Assembly (NCBI GenBank): GCA_039809645.1
Contig: JBDHVK010000001.1
Span: 32,802 to 96,801, forward strand
Reading direction: 5' to 3'
DNA length: 64,000 bases
Origin: Gemmatimonas sp.
Lineage (GTDB): Bacteria > Gemmatimonadota > Gemmatimonadetes > Gemmatimonadales > Gemmatimonadaceae
The first letter of the stretch is position 1, and every line of letters begins with the position of its first letter. Under the pieces are notes generated by a model. That model was not told the origin of the DNA. It saw only the letters and a program-made list of their open reading frames with translations, and did not search any database. Of the stretch, positions 19,472 through 28,683 are shown piece after piece. The position numbers and the translations under genes were made by a program.

Positions 19472-21522
19472 GGCTCGCAGCGCAGCTTCTTCTCGAGGGC
19501 GGTGCGGTTCTCCCGCAGGGTCGCCGGCGTCGCGGCGCCGGCGGTCGCCTGGGCGAGCAGCGTGCAGGCCTTCGACTTGTCGCCGAGAATGGCGTACGAC
19601 GTGCCCAGATAGAGCGAGGCCCAGCCAAGCTCCACGCCATTGTGCAAGCGCGGCAGCAGCGCCTGCACGTCGCGAATGAGCGACCTGGCGCGCGCACGGC
19701 GCGTGCTTTCATTGCGGCTCGTCAGGTCGGCCTGCGCATCGCTGATGACCGTGGTGAGCGCGATCGACGCCTCGGCCTCGGCCGACAGGCGCGGCGCGCG
19801 AGCCGAGTCGCGCTCGTCGCGCGCCGTCGCCGCCTTTGGACGCGTGGTCGAATCGGCGGCACGACGGACGCGGGATTTGGTGTCACCGGTGTCGCGGGAG
19901 ACGGCGACTGGCGCTGACGTCGGCGAGCGAACCGGAGCCGTGGCCATCGTTCCCCCACTGGCCCGTGCCCGCGCCATCGTGCTGTCCGGCTTCTTCGTGA
20001 GCGGACGGGTCGTGTCCATGGCATCGGTCTGCGCGGGCGTGCCCGGACGCGCGGCCGTTGGTGACGCCACGAAGGCAGTGTCCGCGACGCTCGCCGCCGG
20101 TGCTGCCGCACTCGGGTCGGCGTTGGTCGCGGCCACGCGCGGCGCGGCCGGCTCGCGCCTGGCGAGAACCACGGCGATGAGCAGGATGGCGGCGATGGCG
20201 CCGACGAGCACGAACAGCGGAATGCGACGTCCCTTGTGCGCGAGCGCGAGCTCCACGGTGGTTTGGACCGCGTCGTCGGAGCGCGCCGCCGGAGCCGCGG
20301 TGCTGAACGCCGACGTCGACGTCTCGAGGAGCCGCGCTCCGCTGCCGACGGTTGTTTCACCCAGCAGCGTGGAGCGGGTAACCGAGCGCGTCGTGGAGTC
20401 GGCCGCGTCAGGCTGATCCGCGAGTGAGGTGTCAGGAGGTAGGGTGCCTTCGTCGTCCAGTGACGGCACGGCCGCCGGAGTAGGTTCCGTCTGCGCGAGC
20501 AAGACCGGTTCCTCCGTCTGCGCCAACAGCGCGGACGCAAGGGTGGGCGGCGTGAAGGCCATCGTCGCCGATGGACCGTCGATGATCCGTCGGAGTTCGC
20601 GCGCGAAGGCGACCGCTGACTCCGGACGGACGGCAGGATCGCGCACCAACGTGCGGGAGAAGAGCGCCTGCAGCGGCGCCGGCCACGCGATATCCGGTCG
20701 GACCTCGATGAACTCTCGCGCCGGCGCCGACAGGCGTGCGAGCATCTCTTCCTGCTCGGAGCTGCCCACGAAGGCGCGCGCGCCCGTGAGCATACTGAAC
20801 GCCAGCAGCGCCAGCGAGTACACATCGCTGCGGGCGTCGAGTGCCTGACCCAGCAGCTGCTCGGGACTCATCCACTTGGGGGTTCCGATTGCAAACCCGG
20901 GGGCGGTCTTGCCTTCGGCGTCGGAATCCTCGAGCAGCTTGGCGATGCCGAAGTCGAGAACCTTCACCCGTACGCTTCCATCGTCTTCTTCGACGACCAT
21001 CACGTTCTCAGGTTTGAGATCGCGGTGGACGATGCCCAACCGATGCGCGGCGTTCAGGCCCTCGGCGATCATGTGCACGATCGCCGCCGTCTCGCTGAAA
21101 GACAGGGTGCCACGCGCATCGAGCAGCTGGCGCAGCGTTCGGCCGTTCACGTACTCCATCACCAGAAACGCCCGCCCGTCGGTCATGAAGCCGAAGTCCG
21201 TGACGCGGGCGACCCGATCATGATTGATACGGCTCGCGGCCTCCGCTTCATGGCGGAAGCGCCGCACGACCGATGGATCCGTCGTACCGGCATCACGGAG
21301 CACCTTGATGGCAACCTGTTGCGGAAGACGGACATCGCGCGCGAGGTAGACGGCGGCCATGCCCCCTTCGCCGAGCAGATCGGTAGCGACGTACCGTTCA
21401 CAAAACAGTTCGCCGATCAGATCGTCGCCCGTCACGGTCGCACGAAGCGCCGACCCGTCGCGCGGGCAGAACGTGGCCGCGTCGGGAAACGTCTCGCCAC
21501 AGAGCAGGCAGGTCTTGGACAC
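19468..21522 (-). CDS. Ser/Thr protein kinase (PpkA-like by position) with N-terminal zinc ribbon, TM and C-terminal helical periplasmic domain
   Basis: Zinc ribbon CLLCGETFPDAATFCPRDG. Kinase motifs GEGGMAAVYLA, VAIKVL, HRDLKPENV, DFGIAK and SPEQ. TM IPLFVLVGAIAAILLIAVVLA. The ATG directly abuts the tssM stop codon. Confidence 0.9.
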   Translation of the reverse strand: MSKTCLLCGETFPDAATFCPRDGSALRATVTGDDLIGELFCERYVATDLLGEGGMAAVYLARDVRLPQQVAIKVLRDAGTTDPSVVRRFRHEAEAASRINHDRVARVTDFGFMTDGRAFLVMEYVNGRTLRQLLDARGTLSFSETAAIVHMIAEGLNAAHRLGIVHRDLKPENVMVVEEDDGSVRVKVLDFGIAKLLEDSDAEGKTAPGFAIGTPKWMSPEQLLGQALDARSDVYSLALLAFSMLTGARAFVGSSEQEEMLARLSAPAREFIEVRPDIAWPAPLQALFSRTLVRDPAVRPESAVAFARELRRIIDGPSATMAFTPPTLASALLAQTEEPVLLAQTEPTPAAVPSLDDEGTLPPDTSLADQPDAADSTTRSVTRSTLLGETTVGSGARLLETSTSAFSTAAPAARSDDAVQTTVELALAHKGRRIPLFVLVGAIAAILLIAVVLARREPAAPRVAATNADPSAAAPAASVADTAFVASPTAARPGTPAQTDAMDTTRPLTKKPDSTMARARASGGTMATAPVRSPTSAPVAVSRDTGDTKSRVRRAADSTTRPKAATARDERDSARAPRLSAEAEASIALTTVISDAQADLTSRNESTRRARARSLIRDVQALLPRLHNGVELGWASLYLGTSYAILGDKSKACTLLAQATAGAATPATLRENRTALEKKLRCEP

Positions 21523-24500
21523 CTACTGCGCGACCTGTGGTGCACAGGTGAACCCGCCCAGCCATCCCCGCTTGAGGACTGGGGCGCCCGACGCATCGAG
21601 GAACTCGAAGTCGATGACGATGGGGACCCCGTTGCGCTTGTTGGCCGGCGCGGGCCAGGTCACGTGCACGATGCGTCCACTCGACTCGCTTGCACCCTTG
21701 GCCACCAGACGGAACAGCGCCCACTCACCGGTAGCCGACGCGATCAGCGTGGGTCGCTCGTTGCCGAAGCGCGCCTCGATGGAGGCGGAATTGCCCTCGG
21801 GCAGTTGGGGCCAGGTGACCACGTTCTGCGGGCTCTTGCTGTCGAAGCGCGACTCCTTCGGCCCGTGCTTGAAGATCACCAGCGGCGTTTCCGCACTGGT
21901 CTGGGCGATGGCCGTCCAGCGCAAGCGCGGCGTTGGATTGATGTCGTTGTAGAGCGCGTTCGACACGATGGCCGCGCGATTGAAGAACTCCACGAAGCCG
22001 GGAAGCAGTGAGACACCGCGTACCGAACGCGCGACCCAGCGGCCATCGCGCTTGACGAGATATGGCGCGAGTTGCTCTCGATAGAATTGCCACAGCTTCC
22101 CAGTCCCGGGTGCGAGCAGCGCGTTCACGTCGGCCATCGAGGCCTCGGCCGTCGCGTTCGGGTTGAAGGGATACTTGTTGAGCATGGGTGCCATCTCGGT
22201 GCAGAGGCGCGCATTGCGATCGTTGAGCGCCTGGGCCGCGGGGCTCGAAGCCGGCTGTACGTCGGCCACGCGCGTGCCCCGCGGACGCTGCGCTGCCGCA
22301 GTGCGCAGCACGCCGTCAGCGCCGTTGATCGGCTCGAGCAGCAGGCGCTCCACCGGCTGCGCCATGGAGGGGACGGTCGTGAGGATGAACGCTTGCGAGA
22401 CCCGCTTGGTCGCGGCACGCGCGTTCGTCACGCTGCCCCCGGCCGCCAGCGCGGCGCGATTGAGCTCCTCGGTGGAGGCACTGTCACCAGTGTACGGCAC
22501 GTTCGCCACCTGGGCGATGGCCCCCTGCAATCCGAGCAGGCCGTCCACGTAGGGCTGATTCTTCTCCGACACGATGCGCCCGACGACCTCCGGTGGCGTG
22601 ACCGCGTGCACCGGTTGGAAACGGGTCCGCGAGAGCGAGTCGAAGTTGGTGTTGAACGCCGTGACCTGCAGCAGTTCGAGCAGCGGCGAGTTGTTGTTCG
22701 ACAGCACCTCCAGCTTGTACGCGGCGTCCTTGAGGGACGACGGGCGCACCACCACTGCGGACTGTACGACCTGACGCCAGATGCGCGCGTAGTCGTCGGC
22801 ATAGCGCAACTGCAGCATGGACTTGTCGACCGACTGGCTCTTGGGATACTCGCCCAGCACCCAGAGCTCGCCATCGTAAGTGCTGTCGCTGACGAGTCGG
22901 GCCCGCATCAGCGCCGCGCCTCGGGCGGTGAATGATCCCGGCACCTCGGTCATCGACGTGAAGACCCCAGGCGTCTGCCGCAGCTTGAGCGCCGGCACTT
23001 CCTTGTCCGTACGCGTCAGCATGTTGCGATAGATCTGCTCGCCACCGGCGAATCGGTGCAGGAAGTCGCGCGTGCGATTTCGTAGCGGAAGATCAGGATT
23101 GCGCGGCCAGGGGTTGTACCAGGGCAACTCGCTGGAGTAGAAGTCGAACTGCCGCATGGACAGCTCGGTCACGTCCGCTTCCAGCGTCTGACCGCGTCGC
23201 CCGCTCTCGTACAACACCGGGGACAGGAACTCCTTGGTGCTGCGTGCCGACTCCGACGTGGTGATCAGGTACGCCTTGAGCCAGTTGTAGGACTTGGCGT
23301 AGTCGTTGGTCGGGCCGGGAAGTTCGGGGAGGGCCTTGAGCGAGTCGACAAGGGTATTGAATCCGGTCTGGAACAGCGCGAGCCGGAAGCCTTCATACCA
23401 GATCGGGCGCGCAGCATCGAAGAGCGCCGGGCCCCGCCAGAGCCCGAAGCGCATGAGGAGCGGCGGCCCCTCCTGCATGACGGCGCGAATGGTATCCAGG
23501 CGTGCGCGCAGCAGATCAAGGCTGCGCAGCGCCTGTGCACTCGGATAGGTAATCGTTCCCGGCGTATTGGGGATAACCGGCAACGACGCCACCGCGCGGG
23601 CAGCGTCTGCCACGCGCGCTGACAGCGCCCGGTTGCGCGCCCAGGACGTCGTGATGCTCGCGAGCAGCAATGCGGTGAGACCGATCGCGCCGCTCAGCAG
23701 CAGGCGACGCGTGGCCTGCACCTTGACGCCGCCTCGGGCCACAAGCGCCGCGCTGGCGTCCGCGAGGACGACGTCGCGCAGGAAGCGATCGAGAAACACC
23801 CACTCCGGCACCTTGCGGGACACCGCGTGCGACAGCGCCGCCTGCGCCGCGACCTCGCGCTCGTTCAGGATGCGTGTGGCGTTCGCCGCGACGGCGGTGG
23901 CCGGCACGACCGGCTTGGCCACGTCGCTCACCACGACCGGCCGCGCCCCAGTGAAGTAGAAGCCGCGCAGCTGCGGACTCGAGCCAAGCGCGGTGGGGCG
24001 GCACAGATCCACGAGAAACGACGTGACGGCCGGCGCCAGCTTGCGCAGCTCGCGCGGCAATTCATACGCCTGGTACCGCCGCTCCTGCCGTTGCTCGCGA
24101 CCGAGAACGTTCACCCGCCGAAGCGCGATCGTGTCGGCGACCTGTCGGAACGCCAGGTCGATGCGCGGCGCGAGGCGATCGGCGTAGTTGCCGGGGTTCG
24201 CGTCGGCGTCGAAGGGCAGGGTTGCACCCAGCGGCGCCTTCAGCTCGTCGCGCGTGAACACCGAGATCCACGGCTCGAACTGCGGCACCTTGTCCATGCG
24301 CGTGAACATCACATAGACCGGGAGCCCAAGCCCCAGCTCGAGCGAGGCTTCGGCCAGGCGCTGACGGAGGGTGTGCTGGAGTTCCTCCAGCTGCTGGCCA
24401 CCGGCTCCGGCGTAGAACAGGTCGATGGGCACGCAGACGACGGCCGAGCGCGCGGCCGGCTCTCCGCGTCCGAGCGCGGCGCGCAACCGCGGCGCGCGCA

Positions 24501-25023
24501 GGGCGCGGACCACCTTGGCCCAGCGCGCCACGTCAACCAACAGCGGTCCGCCCAGTTCCGTGATCACCGCTTGCTGCATGACCCAGACGTTCACCGTGCG
24601 CGTCGGTTGCGGTGATTCGTTGGGCGCGGTGGGCGCGAGCCCGGCGAGCAGTTCGGGCGCGCCCCCCGAGCGCGCCACCACCGAGGTCTTCGCGCTTCCC
24701 TGCGCGCCCAGCACGAGAACCATTGGACGCTGCAGGAACGTGCCATGCGGGAGTCGCGTGCTCGCGCCGTGAATGGCGAGCAGGACATCGTCGCCCGTAT
24801 CCATCGGCACATCCTCCTGGGGCCGCAGATACCAGAGCAACGCGCCGGCGGCAATCGCACCGAGCACCACGAGGCCCACTCGCATGGTCCAGCGGCCGGT
24901 GGCATCCAGCGTCAGCGTCCGATCCAGAATGATCAGCAGCAGCAGAAAGGCCGCGAACGTGACGCCGGCCAGGAGCCAGCGCGTCGACCGCTTTTGTGCG
25001 ACGACCGCACCCTGGGGAGTCAT
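21523..25023 (-). CDS. tssM: Type VI secretion membrane subunit TssM (IcmF)
   Basis: About 1166 aa. N-terminal TMs, Walker A VLGAQGSAKTS, and the long IcmF-like periplasmic region. Start chosen at ATG 25023, which forms an ATGA overlap with the tssL stop. Confidence 0.9.
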   Translation of the reverse strand: MTPQGAVVAQKRSTRWLLAGVTFAAFLLLLIILDRTLTLDATGRWTMRVGLVVLGAIAAGALLWYLRPQEDVPMDTGDDVLLAIHGASTRLPHGTFLQRPMVLVLGAQGSAKTSVVARSGGAPELLAGLAPTAPNESPQPTRTVNVWVMQQAVITELGGPLLVDVARWAKVVRALRAPRLRAALGRGEPAARSAVVCVPIDLFYAGAGGQQLEELQHTLRQRLAEASLELGLGLPVYVMFTRMDKVPQFEPWISVFTRDELKAPLGATLPFDADANPGNYADRLAPRIDLAFRQVADTIALRRVNVLGREQRQERRYQAYELPRELRKLAPAVTSFLVDLCRPTALGSSPQLRGFYFTGARPVVVSDVAKPVVPATAVAANATRILNEREVAAQAALSHAVSRKVPEWVFLDRFLRDVVLADASAALVARGGVKVQATRRLLLSGAIGLTALLLASITTSWARNRALSARVADAARAVASLPVIPNTPGTITYPSAQALRSLDLLRARLDTIRAVMQEGPPLLMRFGLWRGPALFDAARPIWYEGFRLALFQTGFNTLVDSLKALPELPGPTNDYAKSYNWLKAYLITTSESARSTKEFLSPVLYESGRRGQTLEADVTELSMRQFDFYSSELPWYNPWPRNPDLPLRNRTRDFLHRFAGGEQIYRNMLTRTDKEVPALKLRQTPGVFTSMTEVPGSFTARGAALMRARLVSDSTYDGELWVLGEYPKSQSVDKSMLQLRYADDYARIWRQVVQSAVVVRPSSLKDAAYKLEVLSNNNSPLLELLQVTAFNTNFDSLSRTRFQPVHAVTPPEVVGRIVSEKNQPYVDGLLGLQGAIAQVANVPYTGDSASTEELNRAALAAGGSVTNARAATKRVSQAFILTTVPSMAQPVERLLLEPINGADGVLRTAAAQRPRGTRVADVQPASSPAAQALNDRNARLCTEMAPMLNKYPFNPNATAEASMADVNALLAPGTGKLWQFYREQLAPYLVKRDGRWVARSVRGVSLLPGFVEFFNRAAIVSNALYNDINPTPRLRWTAIAQTSAETPLVIFKHGPKESRFDSKSPQNVVTWPQLPEGNSASIEARFGNERPTLIASATGEWALFRLVAKGASESSGRIVHVTWPAPANKRNGVPIVIDFEFLDASGAPVLKRGWLGGFTCAPQVAQ

Positions 25024-25748
25024 CGGGGCGTCGGCGCCGCGATCGGCGACGTGATCGCCGACGCGGGCAGGAGGCGTCGAATACCTTCGGACATGCTGCG
25101 CAGGGCGACGCCGTACGACACCCACAGCACCAGCAGCAGCGCCGCGCCGCCGATGGCCGCGTAGGAGAGCCGCACCATCCACGGATCGCGATGATTCACC
25201 CGATCCTGCGGTGGCATCCACGACGGCGCGAGATCACCCAGCGGCCCGCGCAGGCGTCCCAGACGCTCGTCGATCCGCGCCGTGATCGCGTGCAGCTGCC
25301 CGTTCTCCATCGAGCCGTACTTGCCGTGAAACCCCAGCAGGAGGCACAGCTGATGCACCTCGAGCAGCTCGGCCAGTTCAGCCGAGTCGCCCCGGGCCAG
25401 CAGCTGTTCGATGTGCTGAAAGACCCATTCCCCACCCATGTGCGCGCCGAACAGCTCGTCCTGCAACGGACGACGCGCCCAGTCGGCGAACGCCGGACTG
25501 CGAAGGTTGAGCACGGACTCGTCGAGGAACGACACCACGGCAAAGATCGCGATCCGCGCATCCTGCGCCGTGAAGCCGAACGCGATGGCGTCCTGCTCGG
25601 CTCGGGCCAGGAGACTCGTGACATGACCGCGGAATGCGAGCGCGTCGGAGATCGGCTGTTCGTTGGCGCGCAGCCGCACCACGGCCGTCAGAAACTCCTG
25701 GAGGGCAATGGCGAGGCGCCCGGGAGCTGCGTGTGTTACCGCCGTCAC
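25020..25748 (-). CDS. tssL: Type VI secretion membrane subunit TssL (DotU family), no OmpA/PG-binding extension
   Basis: DotU-like core (ARIAIFAVVSFLDESVLN...HQLCLLLGFHGKY) and a single C-terminal TM. Start assigned to GTG 25748, 19 nt after the tssK stop. The track ORF start at 25865 overlaps tssK. Confidence 0.85.
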   Translation of the reverse strand: MTAVTHAAPGRLAIALQEFLTAVVRLRANEQPISDALAFRGHVTSLLARAEQDAIAFGFTAQDARIAIFAVVSFLDESVLNLRSPAFADWARRPLQDELFGAHMGGEWVFQHIEQLLARGDSAELAELLEVHQLCLLLGFHGKYGSMENGQLHAITARIDERLGRLRGPLGDLAPSWMPPQDRVNHRDPWMVRLSYAAIGGAALLLVLWVSYGVALRSMSEGIRRLLPASAITSPIAAPTPR

Positions 25749-25767
25749 GAGCCGGTGGGAGTGAGAG

Positions 25768-27171
25768 TCATTCGGGGAGCAGGACCGCCACTTCGAGGTA
25801 CGCGCCCGGAATGCCCTGTGGCACGTAGACGCCGAGTTCCTGCGTCTTGGTGAGCGACGTGGCACAGCCGCCGGTCATGGTGAACTCGAAGTAGGTGAGA
25901 TCGACCTTGGGCGCGATCGCCGATGGCGGCACGGGGATGTGGATCGTCGGCAATCCATTCCATGCACGGTTCACGAGCTCCAGCACGTACGCACTGGCGC
26001 ACGACTTGGTGAGCCGTTGCACCCGATCGATCAGGTCCGCACGCGGAAGATCGGCGCGCACCGCGAGGAACCAGCGCGTGCCGGGCAGGAACGCGCGCGG
26101 ATCGGCGATGCGGGCCGTATGCAGAATGTCCGTCGACTGCTGCAGCGGAACGATGAGTGCCCGCGTGGACACGACGGCCTCGAGTTGCGCCTGAATCCGG
26201 TGCTCGAGCGCGGCGAATACTTCGGTCAGGTCGTCGTGGTCGTAGGCGGGCAGCGTGCGGGCGGTCGCGCCGATGGCGAACGTCGACAGTGCACCGGCCA
26301 GACGCGAGAGCTCGAGAAAGAGCTGCTCGGGATGGGCTGTGCGCATCAGTAACTGATGTCGCAGCGGGGCCTCCGCCGAGCGGATGGCGTGCAAGAGCCA
26401 GTGCGTGGCGAGTTCGTTCCCCGCATACGCCGCCGCGCCGCCGACGGCGCCGATCGGCGCCTGCGACAGCGAGGCGGCGAGCGCACCGCCCTTGCTTTCC
26501 ACGAGCGTGACCGTCCGACGTGCGAGCTCCATCAGCCGCGCACTCGACCCGATCTGCAGCGTGGGTGGCACGAACGCCGCATCCGGCACGAAATGCCCGC
26601 GCCCGTCGCGTCGGACACGCGCCACGGGCATCGAGATGACATCATCGGTGACTTCTTCATCGAGCAGGAGATGGAGATTGCGCGCGGCAAACCGCACGTC
26701 GAGTGGATCGCGACCCGTCGCTTCATCCACCACACGCGCTTCTACCACCTGATAACGCGCAAAAGCCGGCCGAATCATGTCATCGGTGTGTTCGGATCCG
26801 GGGATTTCGGTCACGTTGGCCGCGTCTGAACGCCAGCGCGGGATCGCGAGATGCACGGTGTGCATGTCGCGTGTGGGGGAGAAGCGCTCGGCGAGTGCGA
26901 TCGGTGCGGGGAGGCCGTCGCCGCCTGGCGCATGGACCACTGTGCCGTCGGGAAGTACGCCGCGCAGCAGGACGAGGGCGAACGTCCCATTGCGCAGGGC
27001 ATCGCTGTCGACGGCGATCGCCGAGAGGCCGTAGGCGTACGCGATCAGCAGATCCAGTGTCCGGGTCGTCTGCTCTTCCTGATAGCGGCGCTGCGCCTGA
27101 AAGTGTTGCGGGGTCAGGTGCATGCCGTCTTCCCAGACGACGCGACGCGAGGGAACGGCGGGGAGTTGCAT
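25768..27171 (-). CDS. tssK: Type VI secretion baseplate subunit TssK (paralog 1)
   Basis: N-terminal VVWEDGMHLTPQHFQAQRRY signature, about 467 aa, with a C-terminal LGVYVP...LEVAVLL. Confidence 0.9.
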   Translation of the reverse strand: MQLPAVPSRRVVWEDGMHLTPQHFQAQRRYQEEQTTRTLDLLIAYAYGLSAIAVDSDALRNGTFALVLLRGVLPDGTVVHAPGGDGLPAPIALAERFSPTRDMHTVHLAIPRWRSDAANVTEIPGSEHTDDMIRPAFARYQVVEARVVDEATGRDPLDVRFAARNLHLLLDEEVTDDVISMPVARVRRDGRGHFVPDAAFVPPTLQIGSSARLMELARRTVTLVESKGGALAASLSQAPIGAVGGAAAYAGNELATHWLLHAIRSAEAPLRHQLLMRTAHPEQLFLELSRLAGALSTFAIGATARTLPAYDHDDLTEVFAALEHRIQAQLEAVVSTRALIVPLQQSTDILHTARIADPRAFLPGTRWFLAVRADLPRADLIDRVQRLTKSCASAYVLELVNRAWNGLPTIHIPVPPSAIAPKVDLTYFEFTMTGGCATSLTKTQELGVYVPQGIPGAYLEVAVLLPE

Positions 27172-27198
27172 GAGATTCTCCGCTGCGGCAAAAAGAGG

Positions 27199-27218
27199 GA
27201 TGCGTGCTGCAACGCATC
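27199..27218. promoter_or_regulatory. Inverted repeat in the divergent tssK1 / pseudokinase intergenic region (candidate operator)
   Basis: GATGCGT-gctgca-ACGCATC lies 28 nt upstream of the tssK1 start. Two further GATGCG hexamers occur near 27240 and 27302. Confidence 0.25.
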
Positions 27219-27343
27219 ACGTGCGCATTGCGTTCGCGACGATGCGCGTGAACAATTGTGGGCGACGCGCGCGGATAACACCAGCGGTCCGATCCGCACA
27301 CCGATGCGTTCGTGATCGGGTCCTTTCATCAGAGACCACGGCA

Positions 27344-28642
27344 ATGCATGACGACTTCAGTGCCCGCTATCGCCTGCTGAAATGCGTGTTGGTGGCGGAT
27401 GGCATTCGTTCGCACAACGCGCAGGAGTGTGCAAGCGGACGAGTGGTGATGGTGCACATCTCCGATGCGGCCGGCCCCGAGGAGGTCGAATCGCTGCGCG
27501 CACAACTGGCGGCGTTGCCACTCGACGATCGGAACCGTGTGCTGGAAGCGGTCACGCTCCCCTACGGATTCGCGATCGTCACCGAGTTCTTGCCGGCGCC
27601 GTTGACGTTTCGTGAATTCCTGTCGCGGGCGGCGGATGCGGCCCCGCCCCTCACATCGCCGGCTTCGCCCGTGCCAACGGCGGCCACCGCCGATTCCTTC
27701 ACGGCGGTGTTCGGCAGGCCGACACCCGCTGAACTGCCGCCGATCTTTGCTCCGCCAGTCGTCGAGCAGGTGACCGTGCGGCTCGACGACGAGCCCGTCG
27801 CAGCGCCAAACGCGGCGATCGAACCACCATCCGCCCCCGCCCCCGCCCCCGCCCCCGCACCACCACCGGAGGTGGCAACGCCCGCGCGCATGGAACCGGG
27901 TGAGTTCACGCGCCTCTTCGGCGCACCGGAAACGGCCGCACCGCTCCCTGAGGCGATGCGCCCTTCACCGATGCACGAAGCGCCCCCGCCCGCCTTCTCG
28001 CCGTTCACGCCGGAGCGTCAGCTCGAATCGCCGCCGGTCGAGCCACGCCATCGCGTGATGAGCAGTCAGCCGCAGTATCTCACCGGCGTCCAGCAGGACG
28101 GGCCATCACCCATCGCGCCCAACGTCGTGAGCGGCGGATTGCATACGAGCCTGTCACCGCTCACGCCACTCGCACCCACACCAGCGCCGCCGCCGCCACA
28201 TGCCTCGCCGCTCTTCGCGGCGGCCGGCCCGCCGCCAGCAGTGAGCGGCACGCCCTCCCTCACGCCTGGCATTCTGCCGCCGCCGGTGTTCAACAGTGGC
28301 ACGGCGACACCACTCTCGGCGCTTGGCGGCGCTGCGCCGCTGGTGAATGCGAGTGCCGGGCCCAGCGAGTTCACGCGACTCATTTCGGGTGCGGCCGAAC
28401 CGGTCGTTCCACCGCTCGCGCCGACCGCCCCCCTCACACCGGGGCGCGCAACGGCGCCGAACACACGCCGCTTACCCAACGGCTTGATCGTCACGATCAA
28501 TGCGGTCCTGCTCATCGCGGCGCTGCTGATGTGGTTCGTCCTCCGCCGCCCGGTGCCCACGGTCAATACAGTCCTGCCCGGTCGTCCGCGAGTCCCCACG
28601 ATGCCGAACGCTCCGCAGATCCCGACCACGCCGGCGCGGTAA
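27344..28642 (+). CDS. Membrane-anchored proline-rich protein with N-terminal kinase-N-lobe-like (pseudokinase) domain
   Basis: Start at ATG 27344. The first approx. 95 aa parallel a kinase N-lobe up to the hinge, but lack the Gly loop and the VAIK lysine. No catalytic or activation loop motifs. About 300 aa are Pro/Ala-rich, including APAPAPAPAPPP. Three xFT(R/A)(L/V)(F/I)(G/S) motifs are present. C-terminal TM LIVTINAVLLIAALLMWFVL. Confidence 0.75.
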   Translation: MHDDFSARYRLLKCVLVADGIRSHNAQECASGRVVMVHISDAAGPEEVESLRAQLAALPLDDRNRVLEAVTLPYGFAIVTEFLPAPLTFREFLSRAADAAPPLTSPASPVPTAATADSFTAVFGRPTPAELPPIFAPPVVEQVTVRLDDEPVAAPNAAIEPPSAPAPAPAPAPPPEVATPARMEPGEFTRLFGAPETAAPLPEAMRPSPMHEAPPPAFSPFTPERQLESPPVEPRHRVMSSQPQYLTGVQQDGPSPIAPNVVSGGLHTSLSPLTPLAPTPAPPPPHASPLFAAAGPPPAVSGTPSLTPGILPPPVFNSGTATPLSALGGAAPLVNASAGPSEFTRLISGAAEPVVPPLAPTAPLTPGRATAPNTRRLPNGLIVTINAVLLIAALLMWFVLRRPVPTVNTVLPGRPRVPTMPNAPQIPTTPAR

Positions 28643-28683
28643 CGTCCGCGCCGGTGTGCCACCGGCATCCCGCTTGACGCGCG

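Noticed and set aside
25024-25221. N-terminal 66-codon extension of TssM in the ORF track. Similar 5' extensions occur for tssL (to 25865), tssB (from 29984), clpV (from 38803), the pseudokinase (from 27122), the sigma factor (from 13368), the Omp85 fusion (to 49033) and others.
   Set aside because: The extensions overlap the upstream genes, are Arg/Pro-rich, and precede internal starts that give canonical N-termini, start/stop coupling or Shine-Dalgarno sequences.
27344-27640. N-terminal domain of the proline-rich T6SS protein considered as an FHA domain (Fha1 equivalent)
   Set aside because: It has no G-R, S-x-x-H or N-G FHA signature residues. The segment instead parallels a kinase N-lobe.
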